Assembly (NCBI GenBank): GCA_014239775.1
Contig: JAAZYG010000039.1
Location: 6,134 to 70,133, forward strand
Direction: 5' to 3'
Source: Candidatus Uhrbacteria bacterium
GTDB taxonomy: Bacteria; Patescibacteriota; Patescibacteriia; UBA9934; GWF2-40-263
Length of the DNA: 64,000 nucleotides
Each line of letters starts with the position of its first letter. The first letter of the stretch is position 1. The notes beneath the pieces were generated by a model. It did not search any database. It was not told where the DNA came from and saw nothing but the letters and a program-made list of their open reading frames with translations. Positions 9,400 to 22,537 of the stretch are shown here, piece after piece. The translations under genes were made by a program, and so were the position numbers.

Positions 9400-10656
9400 T
9401 TATTTTATCAAAGTTGAGGTTATTTCTAAAATTATTCCACCAGTAAACAACATTATAAGTAGCCAGGTTAATATGTTTGGAAAATTTAAACATTTATGCT
9501 TTTTACAAACAGGACTTTTCTTTAGTCTCCAATACGTTAGAGCAATTAATACACCCAACACACCACCAAACACCGCACCAACAAAACCTATAATATCTAT
9601 CAATTCTCTTAAACCCAATAGAAACAGTAATACTGGCACAGAAACGACTGCAAACCATGCATGATTTTGTTTAAGATTATAGTCAAATCTAAAGGTGTTT
9701 AACAGCTCAATCCCCAATATTGTATAGATTGAAAGTATTGTTAATGATCCTAAAAATGTAGCCAATACTCTAACAGAATCACCAAGTATTGGCACTAATC
9801 CCTCAAACGCAGCTTGTGTTGTATCTGCCCCAGTAACCCCAACAACTGCTGCAGAAAAAAGTATATATAAACTAACTATAAGAAACATCCCCATCATTAT
9901 AACGTGACCAATTTTATTCTCTTGTTTAACACCCAATACATCCTTTAATTCTGGCACAATACCTATTCCTGCTAAAGAAAATAATACAACACCATATGGC
10001 AAAAATGCATTTGAAAAATTTATAGTTGCATAATTTGACATATCAATATGTGGAATGCTCACTAATATCAAAAATAGGAATAATAATAACAATCCTATTA
10101 CTATGATTATTTCTGCTTTTGCTGCAAATTCTAGGCCGCGATAAATAAAAAAACTGGCGATAGATGCGATTAATAAGCTGTAAATCATTTCTCCACCTCC
10201 AAACACAGGATTTAGTAGTATGTGCGCAAATTTACCTCCAACAATAATATAAGCAACCATTGCACCCCAAACACCAGCAGATATTGCAACGATTGTTACC
10301 TTTGACCAAAAATTACCTAAATATATTTTGACATAACCAACAAGCCTGTGTCTTCCCCTTGTCTGCAACACAACTTCAGCTAACATTAGTTGTAAAAAGA
10401 GCATTAGACTGCCTATTATCAAGACCTCCATCAAACCAAGCATGAAACCAGCTTTAGAAAAAACATAAGGCAAACCAAAAATACCAACACCAACCATGCC
10501 TCCTACCATTACGCCTACAGCGCGAAAAAATTTTATATTAAAATTAGTCACAACTTTTTCCCAATTATACCACAACTCTGCCCTTGATTTGCATTTAAAT
10601 AATGTTAAGATGCCATTGGAAAAAATATGGCACAATTTGAAAAAATACCACCGCAA
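9400..10656 (-). CDS. amino acid permease-like transporter (APC-superfamily-like, about 11 TM); start uncertain
   Basis: GVMVGGMVGVGIFGLPYVFSKAGF N-terminal motif typical of aromatic/amino-acid permeases; multiple TM helices; internal Mets near 10509/10497 are alternative starts. Confidence 0.6.
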   Translation of the reverse strand: MRWYFFKLCHIFSNGILTLFKCKSRAELWYNWEKVVTNFNIKFFRAVGVMVGGMVGVGIFGLPYVFSKAGFMLGLMEVLIIGSLMLFLQLMLAEVVLQTRGRHRLVGYVKIYLGNFWSKVTIVAISAGVWGAMVAYIIVGGKFAHILLNPVFGGGEMIYSLLIASIASFFIYRGLEFAAKAEIIIVIGLLLLFLFLILVSIPHIDMSNYATINFSNAFLPYGVVLFSLAGIGIVPELKDVLGVKQENKIGHVIMMGMFLIVSLYILFSAAVVGVTGADTTQAAFEGLVPILGDSVRVLATFLGSLTILSIYTILGIELLNTFRFDYNLKQNHAWFAVVSVPVLLFLLGLRELIDIIGFVGAVFGGVLGVLIALTYWRLKKSPVCKKHKCLNFPNILTWLLIMLFTGGIILEITSTLIK

Positions 10657-12096
10657 AATCTTGAAGCTGAGCAGTCTCTGCTCGGATGTCTTTTATTAGA
10701 TCAGGACTGTATTGTTAAAGTTGCAGATAGGCTTCAGTGTGAAGATTTTTACAAAGATGCTCATCAAAAAACATATGAATCTATTTTAGAATTATTTGAA
10801 AAACGTGAGCCAATAGACATCCTATCTCTTGGAAATAAACTTGAAGAAAAGAAAATACTAAAACAAATCGGTGGTCGCGCTTATCTAGTTGAGCTATCGA
10901 ACACAGTTCCAACTTCAGCAAATGCTGTTCACTATTCAGAAATTGTTCAAAAAAAAGCAACACTAAGAAGATTGATTCAGGCTGCAGCAAAAATAACCAG
11001 CCTTGGTTATGATCAAGATTCTGACACTGACATTACATTAGATGAAGCTGAACGAGAATTATTTAAAGTGTCTGAAAAATTTAATAAAAATACTTTTGTT
11101 CCTATTAATAGCATTCTTTTTGATGCATTTGACAGAATCGATGAGCTTCATAAAGACCGTGGTAAATTAAGAGGTTTACCGTCAGGTTTTAAGGATATAG
11201 ATTCACTTTTGGCAGGTTTTCAAAAATCTGACCTTATTATTTTGGCAGCTAGGCCATCTGTTGGAAAAACATCATTGGCACTTGACATAGCACGTCTTGT
11301 GGGTGTTAATCACAATGCTCCTGTTGGTTTGTTTTCACTTGAAATGTCAAAAGAACAATTAGTTGATAGAATGATATGTGCTCAATCTGGAGTTGATTTA
11401 TGGAAAATGAGAACTGGACGACTATCTGATCAATCAGATGATTTTAAAAAGATTGGTGATGCGCTAGGTGAACTTTCAGAAGCTCCTATTTTTATAGATG
11501 ATTCTCCTCAGCTAAATATTATGCAACTTAGAACAAAGGCCAGGAGACTAAAGACAGAGCACGGACTTGGATTAATTATAATTGATTATCTTCAGCTAAT
11601 GGAGGGTCGTTCAAATAAATCATCTGACAATAGGGTACAAGAGGTATCCGAAATTTCTCGTGGGTTAAAGCAAATCGCAAAAGAACTAAATGTTCCTGTT
11701 CTGGCATTAGCACAGTTGTCACGTGCGGTTGAATCAATCAAGCCATCCATACCAAGACTGTCTCATTTAAGAGATTCTGGTTCTATTGAACAAGATGCTG
11801 ATGTAGTTATGTTTATATACAGAAAAGCTTCTGATAAAAACTATAGACCTGAGGAACTTGCTGATGAAGAAAAAAGTATAGCGGAAATTCACATTGCCAA
11901 ACACAGAAACGGACCAACTGGACTTGTTAGATTATTCTTTGAAGCAAAACGTGCATCGTTTAGAACTCTTTCGAATAAATTTTCTGTAAAACCAAAATCA
12001 GACGACTCTTTTGCACCACTTGCATCAGCTCAATCAGGACAAAATGCACCACCACCAATTGACTCAAATCCATCGTCTGTTAAACACAATACATAA
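10627..12096 (+). CDS. dnaB: replicative DNA helicase DnaB
   Basis: NLEAEQSLLGCLLLD N-terminus, Walker A GFQKSDLIILAARPSVGKTS, IIIDYLQLM, RecA-like domain. Confidence 0.9.
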   Translation: MAQFEKIPPQNLEAEQSLLGCLLLDQDCIVKVADRLQCEDFYKDAHQKTYESILELFEKREPIDILSLGNKLEEKKILKQIGGRAYLVELSNTVPTSANAVHYSEIVQKKATLRRLIQAAAKITSLGYDQDSDTDITLDEAERELFKVSEKFNKNTFVPINSILFDAFDRIDELHKDRGKLRGLPSGFKDIDSLLAGFQKSDLIILAARPSVGKTSLALDIARLVGVNHNAPVGLFSLEMSKEQLVDRMICAQSGVDLWKMRTGRLSDQSDDFKKIGDALGELSEAPIFIDDSPQLNIMQLRTKARRLKTEHGLGLIIIDYLQLMEGRSNKSSDNRVQEVSEISRGLKQIAKELNVPVLALAQLSRAVESIKPSIPRLSHLRDSGSIEQDADVVMFIYRKASDKNYRPEELADEEKSIAEIHIAKHRNGPTGLVRLFFEAKRASFRTLSNKFSVKPKSDDSFAPLASAQSGQNAPPPIDSNPSSVKHNT

Positions 12097-12135
12097 AATG
12101 TTAAACTAACTTTACCTAAATAATAAAATAATATT

Positions 12136-12444
12136 ATGTTAAATAAATATAAAAAATTTAAAGAATTAAAGAAGCAAGCTAAGACTATGGAGACAGAACT
12201 TGCAACTGTTATTTCTGAAGGAAGTGCTGCATGGAACAAAGTAAAAATCACAATAAATGGAAACCGCGACTTAATAGATGTAAAAATTGATGAATCAATG
12301 ATGTCACCTGATAACAAAGACGCCTTACAGTCAGCAATAAAAGATGCATTTAAGGATGCTACTGGTACAAAATTTCAAATGAAACTTGCAAAAAAGATGC
12401 AAGAAATGGGTGGTCTTGATGCACTCAAAAATCTTGGTGGTTAA
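12136..12444 (+). CDS. ybaB: nucleoid-associated protein YbaB/EbfC
   Basis: 102 aa; KITINGNRDLIDVKIDESMM...ALQSAIKDAFKDA motif; immediately upstream of recR as in the conserved ybaB-recR pair. Confidence 0.8.
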   Translation: MLNKYKKFKELKKQAKTMETELATVISEGSAAWNKVKITINGNRDLIDVKIDESMMSPDNKDALQSAIKDAFKDATGTKFQMKLAKKMQEMGGLDALKNLGG

Positions 12445-12449
12445 TTGTT

Positions 12450-13052
12450 ATGCGCAGATTTCCAGAACCAATTTCTAATTTAGTTGCTGCATTTTCTGCA
12501 CTTCCTGGTGTTGGACCGAAAACTGCTTTACGATACGTATACTATTTATTAAAACAACCAAAAAGTGATTTGCACACAATGGCAAACTCATTAAGAATAT
12601 TGTGTGAAAAAATTAACACTTGCGATCAATGTTATACATATACTGAAGATGATCGTTGTCCAATATGTATAGATTCTCAGAGAAATGATTCTATACTCTG
12701 TGTTGTTGAGGAGTCACGCGACATATCCACAATTGAGGCAACTGGTAAATACACTGGAAAATATTTAGTGCTTGGTGGAACACTAAATCCCATTGAAGGA
12801 ATGACTCCAGATGTAATCAGAATAAAAGAATTATACAATAAACTAGAACAAGAAAATGACATTACAGAAGTTATACTTGCACTATCACCAACTGTGTATG
12901 GTGAAACAACAATTCTCTATATATCAAAATATCTAAAAGATAGACAAATGAAGGTAAGTAGACTTGCAAGAGGACTTCCCGTTGGTGCAACAATAGAGTT
13001 TGCAGATGAAGTCACATTAGGAGATGCACTTAGTAGTAGAAAACAAATCTAA
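12450..13052 (+). CDS. recR: recombination protein RecR
   Basis: HhH motif LPGVGPKTALRY, C4 zinc finger CDQCYTY...CPIC, Toprim domain. Confidence 0.9.
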   Translation: MRRFPEPISNLVAAFSALPGVGPKTALRYVYYLLKQPKSDLHTMANSLRILCEKINTCDQCYTYTEDDRCPICIDSQRNDSILCVVEESRDISTIEATGKYTGKYLVLGGTLNPIEGMTPDVIRIKELYNKLEQENDITEVILALSPTVYGETTILYISKYLKDRQMKVSRLARGLPVGATIEFADEVTLGDALSSRKQI

Positions 13053-13085
13053 TAAAAAAACACCGTTTTATACGGTGATTTTATT
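13051..13085. terminator. bidirectional terminator between recR(+) and rplU(-)
   Basis: A7-CACCGT-tttat-ACGGTG-attttatt; hairpin overlaps rplU stop codon. Confidence 0.5.
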
Positions 13086-13388
13086 GATTTGAATTTTTGT
13101 AAATGGTTGTCTGTGCCCAACGTTTCTTCTGTATCTTGATTTTGATTTATACTTGATTACTGAAACCTTCTTTGCACGACCATGTTCTGTGATTACGGCA
13201 CTGATTTTTGCACCGTCAATAATTGGTGTGCCGATTTTTACATCACTTCCTTCTTCATCTGAAATAAGCATTGCATCAAATTCTAATTTTGACCCAACTT
13301 CAGACTCAATTTTTTCTACTGTAAGAACTTTTCCTTCACTTACAATATATTGTTTGCCTCCTGTTTTAATTACTGCAATTGTTTTCAT
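13068..13388 (-). CDS. rplU: 50S ribosomal protein L21
   Basis: MKTIAVIKTGGKQYIVSEGKVLTVEKI is canonical for L21; no rpmA (L27) follows. Confidence 0.9.
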   Translation of the reverse strand: MKTIAVIKTGGKQYIVSEGKVLTVEKIESEVGSKLEFDAMLISDEEGSDVKIGTPIIDGAKISAVITEHGRAKKVSVIKYKSKSRYRRNVGHRQPFTKIQINKITV

Positions 13389-13473
13389 ACTTTTATACTG
13401 CGGCTCCGTTTTAATAAAGAATTACTTTACTATAGTGTGCCTGCGAATAAATGATTAATATAACGGCAAAATC

Positions 13474-13923
13474 TTACTGTTTTTTGCCCACAATGTCAAG
13501 CATATCTCCTACTTTTAAATTATTCTTCTTAATAAATCCAGCATTAACCTCTAAAACACTATTTACTGGATATTGAGGTGAATATGAGTTGTCAGGATAG
13601 CTCTCAGGTACTAATTCTGATGAAAGATCAACTATTTTATTATCACTTATCCAAATTATATCTATTGACATAAGCATATCCTTCATCCAAAAGTTAGGAA
13701 TTAACTTCGTGTTAAAAATAAACAACATGCCCTCATTTACACCAAGAGTTGTCCTGCCTGATAAACCTTTTTTCTGCTCATCTATGCTTTCTGCAACTTG
13801 AATAATTACGACCTTTCCATTTGGTAATATTACTTTTGATCCATCATGTTTATTATGCAACAAAAAAACTACCGCCAATATTATGATGATTGCTGCAATT
13901 ATTGTGTACTTAACAGTTTTCAT
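13474..13923 (-). CDS. DUF192-family protein with N-terminal signal anchor
   Basis: GLSGRT...GMLFIF...MKDMLMSIDIIWI...VLEVNAG matches the DUF192 (COG1430) pattern. Confidence 0.6.
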   Translation of the reverse strand: MKTVKYTIIAAIIIILAVVFLLHNKHDGSKVILPNGKVVIIQVAESIDEQKKGLSGRTTLGVNEGMLFIFNTKLIPNFWMKDMLMSIDIIWISDNKIVDLSSELVPESYPDNSYSPQYPVNSVLEVNAGFIKKNNLKVGDMLDIVGKKQ

Positions 13924-14956
13924 GTTTTCTTTCTTTTGCTACTAAACTTGATGCTGCTAGTAACATTATAAGGGAAAGCAGTATCAACGCCAGTGCTTTA
14001 TCTCTACTTTGTAAAAACAGCGCACTGGCACCAAACATAGTTGCTATCAAAACATATATCAAAACAATTTGTCTCTGTCCCCAACCAATATCAAAAAATC
14101 TGTGATGTAGATGTTTCCTGTCAGCTTTTATAATTTGTTTTATTCCACCCTTCTTAAATCTACGAATCATGATCCAAACAACATCTAATAAAGGTATTCC
14201 TAGTACAAGTAGAGCTGTTGCCAATTTACCACCTGAAATAACTGCCAATGTTCCCAATAAAAATCCAACCAATGTACTGCCTCCTTCACCCAAAAATATA
14301 CTTGCTGGATGAAAATTCCAAAATAAAAAACCCAAAAATGCACCCAACACAATTACACCAAGTAATGCTACATCGCTTTGATAATAAGCCACAGTTAAAG
14401 AAAGTAGAGTGATCATTAGCACACCAACCGATGACACTGATGTCGCAAGGCCATCAAGTCCATCCAAGAATTTTGTTGTATACATAACAATCATCAACCA
14501 AATAAAAACTATTAAATCTGACTGCCACCATTCTAAAATTATTATTCCACCAAATGGATTAGATAGTTTGTCTATCTCAACTCCAAAAAGTATAACTATT
14601 ATCGTGGCTAAAAGTGGTGAGATTATTGAATGCATTGCCTTAATCTCAAACCTGTCATCTATATAACCACCGATCATCAACAAAAGACCACCTAACATAA
14701 TACCTATGTAGTGTCTGTGTGTAATCATCCCTTCTGTTAGAATCGATGTATTTGTAAGAGCTAATATTAACACTAAACTAAATGCTATATATATTGCCAA
14801 TCCCCCTAATCGTGCCGTTGTACACGTGTGTATGTTTCTTGATTTTGATGGCTTATCTACTGCACCACACTTAATTGCAAAACGTTTAACAAAAACCGTA
14901 CAAATAAAAGAAACCAAAAAAGCCATCATCCCCCATAGTATCAGTGTTTGAATCAT
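13910..14956 (-). CDS. polyprenyl-phosphate N-acetylhexosamine-1-phosphate transferase, MraY/WecA family (GT4)
   Basis: 10-11 TM protein with IDDRFEIKAMHSIISP and DGLDGLA motifs of the MraY/WecA superfamily. Confidence 0.65.
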   Translation of the reverse strand: MIQTLILWGMMAFLVSFICTVFVKRFAIKCGAVDKPSKSRNIHTCTTARLGGLAIYIAFSLVLILALTNTSILTEGMITHRHYIGIMLGGLLLMIGGYIDDRFEIKAMHSIISPLLATIIVILFGVEIDKLSNPFGGIIILEWWQSDLIVFIWLMIVMYTTKFLDGLDGLATSVSSVGVLMITLLSLTVAYYQSDVALLGVIVLGAFLGFLFWNFHPASIFLGEGGSTLVGFLLGTLAVISGGKLATALLVLGIPLLDVVWIMIRRFKKGGIKQIIKADRKHLHHRFFDIGWGQRQIVLIYVLIATMFGASALFLQSRDKALALILLSLIMLLAASSLVAKERKHENC

Positions 14957-17583
14957 ATTTCTGTTGCTCTTTCTATCCTTGTTCCGTTAATATCAATAAT
15001 TATTTTATCTCGTCTCTTTACATCTTCCTCAAGTAAAACCTTTGCCAATGAATTATCTACCTTTTCCTGTATTACACGTCTTAGTGGACGTGCACCAAAC
15101 TTTGGATCATAACCTTCCTTAGCAAGACTTTGAATCATTTCCTCAGAAATATCAAACTCAATCCCTTTATCTAATAATCTTTGTTTTACTTGCTCTATCA
15201 TAAGACCTGTAATCTTAACAACATCTTCTTGACTCAATGGTTTAAACACAATCACTCCGTCAAAACGATTAAGCATTTCTGGACTATATATTGTCTTTAA
15301 TTTTTCTTCTATTAAAGTTGTTCTTATTAATGAAATATCCTCATTCCTTTTAACAGCCTCCTGTATATACTCTGATCCTGCATTTGATGTTGCAACTAAT
15401 ATTGTGTTCGTAAAATCAATAATACGACCACTATTATCAGTCAACCTTCCGTCATCAAACACCTGCAAGAATAAGTTCATTATTTGAGGTGACGCTTTTT
15501 CAAACTCATCTAACAAAACAATTGTGAACGGATTTTGACGCACTGCCTCTGTTAACAAACCACCCTCTGTGGACCCCATCATTCCAATCAGTCTTTGTAT
15601 ACTTGAGACCTCCTGAAATTCTGACATATCCAATCTAACCATTGCATCGTCGTCACCAAAATAAACTGATGCTATTGTTTTTGTAAGCTCTGTCTTACCA
15701 ACACCTGTTGGGCCCATAAATAAAAACGTTGCGATTGGTCTGTTCTTAGATTGCAGATTGGTCCTTGCACGCCTCAAAGCAGATGCAACAGCGCTAACAG
15801 CTTCAGACTGCCCAATTACACGCTCATGCATCTTATCCTCTAGGTTTAGCAACTTATACTTCTCTTCCTCCTTAAGACTTGTTAGAGGAATATTTGTTTT
15901 TTCAGATATAATTTGTGCAACATCTTGATCTGTTATTAGCGAAGACTCGCCTTTTGTATTTTTTACAAACTGTGCAGCTTCTCTTGCTACATCAATTGCT
16001 TTTTTAGGTAAGTAGTCCTCATGCATATACCTATCAGTAAGACTCACGGCACTTTCAACTGCCTTGTATGAAAAAGTTACACCTTGTTCATACTCTATTC
16101 CACCAATTTTTGATTCCAAAATATGTATTGATAAATTAGTTTCTGGCTCTTGTATATCCACCTTTTGAAAAATGCGTGACAGCACTGACCTTTCTACTTG
16201 ATTAGCATAAGCTCTTGGATTGGTTGTAGCAATTGCAAATGTTCCACTTCTTGAAAGAAAATCTACAAAGCTTGTCGCTAAGTTTACTGTCCCGTCAGAC
16301 ATTCCAGCCATCTGTTCTATGTCTGTTACTGCAAGAATTATATTTCCAGATTTTGCAACCTCATTTAATGCACGTAAAAGCCTTTCTTGAGCCATTGAAG
16401 GATCCACACCTGATAAAAGGTGTGGTACAGATAATCGTACCAACCTCTTATCCTTTAAGACCTCCGGTACATTTTCTTCAACCATCAACTGAGCAATACC
16501 GTGTAAAATTGTTTTCTTTCCAACACCGTCTGAACCAACCAATACAGCACTTTGTCTTCCACCCTCAATTATCCTAAAGATCTGTTTCACCTCTTTCTCA
16601 CGCCCAACCATAAGAGGTAACCTACCATTTACACCCATTGTTGTAAGATCTTCTGAAAACGCATCTAACAAAGGAGTTGCAACTGATGTCATTGATCTGT
16701 TCATTGGACCCGTTGGTTTGAAGGCTGCAGCCTTTCTAAAATCTGTATACCTTTCACGCATTTTTTCGTGTATACGAACCCATTCAATCATATTTGCAAA
16801 TTGGTCCTTTGTTATTCCCTGATCAAAAAACAGCTCTTGAATAAATTCATCTGATTTAAATGCTTCATAAAAAAACTCAAGCGCATTTATCACACCTCGC
16901 TTTTGCTTATACGCGTTAATAAATGACCTAAGTAATATGCTTTTTGACTCTTCGGATAATTGTGTTTCAGGGCCTATTTGCCTACTAGACAATCTGCGTC
17001 CTATTGGGTCCTTAATTGCATCAATAGAAATACTAAGTCTTGATAAAACAGCACCTATATTACTATCATCAAAAGTTCCAATAAATATATGTATAGGTTC
17101 TATTTCTTGATGACCAAATTTTTTTGCTAATTCAAAAGCCGCATCTAATGCACCCGTTGAATTCTCATCAAAAAAATCAACTATATTTATAGCATCTTTA
17201 GTTGTTTGCAACTCTTCAATAGACGGATTAGAAAAATCCTCTGAATAACCAGGTATCCTCTTTTTTTTCTTTGCTTCTTTGTATTTATGTTGAAAAATAA
17301 ATGCACCAAATAATAGTGATATGGAAAAACACAACACACCAAACGATGGTGCTAACCAAAATTTTAAGGTAGCAACACCCACCAAATCTTCTTTTAAAAC
17401 AACAAATACAATTGATGTTATAAAAAACATTATTGATAATAAATAACCTGATCCAATCATTATTCTGGATGCTTGTTTTTTGTCATTTCTTTTTGCAATT
17501 GATTCCTCACTTATTTGAGGATTGATTACATATATTTTTGACTCTATCGAAACTGCTTTTTGCATATTAAAAAATAAAGCCAA
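14953..17583 (-). CDS. ClpC/ClpB-type double-ring AAA+ ATPase with two N-terminal transmembrane helices
   Basis: Residues about 45-100 are hydrophobic; a Clp_N-like repeat follows, then D1 Walker A GSDGVGKKT and D2 Walker A GPTGVGKTELTK plus sensor/arginine-finger regions typical of Clp/Hsp100. Confidence 0.8.
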   Translation of the reverse strand: MALFFNMQKAVSIESKIYVINPQISEESIAKRNDKKQASRIMIGSGYLLSIMFFITSIVFVVLKEDLVGVATLKFWLAPSFGVLCFSISLLFGAFIFQHKYKEAKKKKRIPGYSEDFSNPSIEELQTTKDAINIVDFFDENSTGALDAAFELAKKFGHQEIEPIHIFIGTFDDSNIGAVLSRLSISIDAIKDPIGRRLSSRQIGPETQLSEESKSILLRSFINAYKQKRGVINALEFFYEAFKSDEFIQELFFDQGITKDQFANMIEWVRIHEKMRERYTDFRKAAAFKPTGPMNRSMTSVATPLLDAFSEDLTTMGVNGRLPLMVGREKEVKQIFRIIEGGRQSAVLVGSDGVGKKTILHGIAQLMVEENVPEVLKDKRLVRLSVPHLLSGVDPSMAQERLLRALNEVAKSGNIILAVTDIEQMAGMSDGTVNLATSFVDFLSRSGTFAIATTNPRAYANQVERSVLSRIFQKVDIQEPETNLSIHILESKIGGIEYEQGVTFSYKAVESAVSLTDRYMHEDYLPKKAIDVAREAAQFVKNTKGESSLITDQDVAQIISEKTNIPLTSLKEEEKYKLLNLEDKMHERVIGQSEAVSAVASALRRARTNLQSKNRPIATFLFMGPTGVGKTELTKTIASVYFGDDDAMVRLDMSEFQEVSSIQRLIGMMGSTEGGLLTEAVRQNPFTIVLLDEFEKASPQIMNLFLQVFDDGRLTDNSGRIIDFTNTILVATSNAGSEYIQEAVKRNEDISLIRTTLIEEKLKTIYSPEMLNRFDGVIVFKPLSQEDVVKITGLMIEQVKQRLLDKGIEFDISEEMIQSLAKEGYDPKFGARPLRRVIQEKVDNSLAKVLLEEDVKRRDKIIIDINGTRIERATEI

Positions 17584-17944
17584 ACGTATTATTTAGCAAC
17601 AAGAAAGCTACTATTGGCAAGAATATTAAATAAATAAAAAAAGCTACTACTATTAGTAGTGACAATAATATAACCCCCATACTCTGAACAAGTATCATGA
17701 ACAATCTAACAAAAAAACTAATAATTTTTCCGCTTATTGTTGTCTCACCATACATTGGCACAAATAAGTTTTTAATCCATATTCGTAGACCAAAAAAATC
17801 TACCATGTTAGAAATTGAATTCTTTGTCATTGATAAAGCTAATACCAGTCCACTTGTATACCACCAAATAGGCATCATCAATAATTCCTTTCCTGATTGA
17901 ATTAATGCTGTGGATAATATATGTACAGAAATCTTCTTTGTCAT
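17567..17944 (-). CDS. hypothetical small membrane protein (125 aa)
   Basis: Hydrophobic ORF overlapping clp-like gene start by 17 nt. Confidence 0.4.
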   Translation of the reverse strand: MTKKISVHILSTALIQSGKELLMMPIWWYTSGLVLALSMTKNSISNMVDFFGLRIWIKNLFVPMYGETTISGKIISFFVRLFMILVQSMGVILLSLLIVVAFFIYLIFLPIVAFLLLNNTFGFIF

Positions 17945-17983
17945 ATAAATACATTATACAACATCAAAGCATTTGAATGAATT

Positions 17984-20147
<2,164 letters not shown>

Positions 20148-22055
20148 TTATTCGTCTTTCTTTTCTTTGAAATCTGCATCTATTGGCTCGTCTTCAGACG
20201 TTTCTTTTGCATCTGCACCATCAGTATTTTTTTCATTCTCTTGATTCTCTTTCTTTTCTGCCTCGTACATCTTTGCACCAACTTTTTGCGCTGAATCAGA
20301 AAGCTCATCAGCAGCTTTTTTTATAGCTTCATGATCATCACCGTCCTTAACAGCTTTTAATGCCTCTATTTTATCTTCTACACCTTTTCTTTCTTCTTCA
20401 GTTATTTTATCACCTGCATCTTTTAGCATCTTTTCAGATGTGTATATCATTGTATCTGCCAAATTTTTATGCTCTGCTTGTTCTTTCTTTTGTTTATCCT
20501 CAGCCGCATGTTCCTCAGCATCTTTTTTCATTTTTTCCACCTCTTCCTCTGAAAGACCTGTTGAACCTTGAATTGTTATTTTTTGAGTTGTACCTGACGC
20601 CTTGTCTGTAGCAGAAACATTGAATAAACCATTTGCATCAATATCAAATTTAACTTCTATTTGTGGAATACCACGTTGTGCTGGAGGAATGCCTGATAAT
20701 ATAAATCGTCCTAATGTTTTATTTCCTTCTGAAATCTCACGTTCACCTTGAAGTACATGAATTTCAACAGTTGTTTGATTATCGGCAGCAGTTGAAAATA
20801 TTTGAGATTTGCTTGCTGGTATTGTTGTATTTTTTTCAATTAATTTTGTCATTACACCACCTAATGTTTCAATACCTAATGACAAAGGAGTGACATCTAA
20901 CAATAATACATCTTTTACATCTCCTTGAAACACACCAGCCTGAACTGCAGCACCCATTGCCACAACCTCATCTGGATTCATGCTTACATTTGGTTTCTTA
21001 CCAAAAAATTCTTCAACAGACTTTTGAACTAACGGCATTCGTGTCATTCCACCAACCATTATAATCTCCTCAATATCACCTTTTTCAAAACCAGCATCTT
21101 TTAATGCAGCCTTAAGTGGAATTAAAGTTTTTTGCACTAAGTCATAACACAGCTCCTCAAGTTTTGAACGTGTAAGAGAAAGCACTAAATGCTTAGGACC
21201 GTTTGCGTCCGATGTTATAAACGGTTGATTAATCTCTGTTTGCTGTGCAGTAGACAGCTCTACTTTTGCCTTTTCTGCAGCATCTTTTACTCTTTGTAAA
21301 GTAAGTGGGTCACCGGCAAGATTAATACCTTCTTGCTTTTTAAATTCATCTAAAATCCAATCAATAATCACCCTATCAAAATCATCTCCACCCAAATGAG
21401 TGTCTCCGTTTGTAGAACGAACTTCTACTGTATCTTCAGACACCTCAAGAACTGAAACATCAAATGTTCCACCACCTAAATCATACACCACGATCTGCTG
21501 ACCTGCTTTTTTATCAAAACCATATGCCAAAGCAGCAGCTGTAGGTTCATTAATTACACGACGCACTTTTAGACCTGCAATTTCTCCAGCTGTTTTTGTT
21601 GCTGCACGCTGCGCGTCATCAAAATATGCAGGTACAGTAATAACAGCTTCTTCAATAGTTTCACCTAGTCTTTCTTCTGCATCAGCCTTTAGTTTTTGTA
21701 GTATCATTGCAGATACTTCTTCTGGTGTATGTTCTTTACCAGCCATTTTTACAGCAACACCATTACCTTTTTGAACAATCTCGTACGGCATTATCTTCTT
21801 GTCATTTATAATTTCCTTATCATCCCAACGTCGTCCAATAAGACGCTTGATTGAAAATAATGTATCTGTTGGATTTGTCACAGCTTGACGTTTTGCAGGA
21901 AGACCAACAAGACGTTCTCCATTTTTATTTACAGCAACCACTGATGGTGTTGTACGTACTCCTTCTTTATTTTCTAAAACCTTTGGTTGACCACCCTCAA
22001 TTACTGACATACATGAATTGGTTGTACCTAGGTCGATTCCTAATATCTTTGACAT
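20148..22055 (-). CDS. dnaK: chaperone DnaK (Hsp70)
   Basis: [27 protein letters not shown] motifs; 635 aa. Confidence 0.95.
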   Translation of the reverse strand: MSKILGIDLGTTNSCMSVIEGGQPKVLENKEGVRTTPSVVAVNKNGERLVGLPAKRQAVTNPTDTLFSIKRLIGRRWDDKEIINDKKIMPYEIVQKGNGVAVKMAGKEHTPEEVSAMILQKLKADAEERLGETIEEAVITVPAYFDDAQRAATKTAGEIAGLKVRRVINEPTAAALAYGFDKKAGQQIVVYDLGGGTFDVSVLEVSEDTVEVRSTNGDTHLGGDDFDRVIIDWILDEFKKQEGINLAGDPLTLQRVKDAAEKAKVELSTAQQTEINQPFITSDANGPKHLVLSLTRSKLEELCYDLVQKTLIPLKAALKDAGFEKGDIEEIIMVGGMTRMPLVQKSVEEFFGKKPNVSMNPDEVVAMGAAVQAGVFQGDVKDVLLLDVTPLSLGIETLGGVMTKLIEKNTTIPASKSQIFSTAADNQTTVEIHVLQGEREISEGNKTLGRFILSGIPPAQRGIPQIEVKFDIDANGLFNVSATDKASGTTQKITIQGSTGLSEEEVEKMKKDAEEHAAEDKQKKEQAEHKNLADTMIYTSEKMLKDAGDKITEEERKGVEDKIEALKAVKDGDDHEAIKKAADELSDSAQKVGAKMYEAEKKENQENEKNTDGADAKETSEDEPIDADFKEKKDE

Positions 22056-22060
22056 AATTT

Positions 22061-22537
22061 TTATTTTTGTATTTTCTTATTATTTATTATGACCTTTGCT
22101 GGTCTTATTATTTTTTCATTTATTTTCCACCCAATTTGTTTTACCTCAAGTATCTTTCCATCATCAGAAGACTCATCAACTGACTCACCAACAGCCTCAT
22201 GAAGATTCTCATCAAATTCTTGATCTTGTAATCCAAATGATTCTACACCCATGTCTGATAACATATTTTCCAATTGTGTCTTAATGTGCTCGACACCCTG
22301 TAACCACATCTCTATATTTTTATCTACTTTCTCTGGCTTATACTTTATTGCTTGATCGAAGTTATCTATAATTGGAATAAGTTCATGGACTGTACCCTCT
22401 TTAATATTTACTCTCATCACCTCCTTCTCTCTAAGCAAATCTTTTTTTAAATTATCATAATCTGCAAGAGCCCTCTTCCATCCGTTCAAGCTTTCAATGC
22501 ATTTTTCACATTCTGTTTTTTTATTTTCTTCAGTCAT
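22061..22537 (-). CDS. grpE: nucleotide exchange factor GrpE
   Basis: 158 aa; position in hrcA-grpE-dnaK-dnaJ operon; coiled-coil N-terminus and C-terminal beta domain. Confidence 0.8.
   Translation of the reverse strand: MTEENKKTECEKCIESLNGWKRALADYDNLKKDLLREKEVMRVNIKEGTVHELIPIIDNFDQAIKYKPEKVDKNIEMWLQGVEHIKTQLENMLSDMGVESFGLQDQEFDENLHEAVGESVDESSDDGKILEVKQIGWKINEKIIRPAKVIINNKKIQK

Noticed and set aside
13389-13473. GGCAAAA...TTTTGCC hairpin between DUF192 gene and rplU
   Set aside because: 7-bp stem with 10-nt loop and no flanking U-tract in the transcription direction; too weak to call a terminator.
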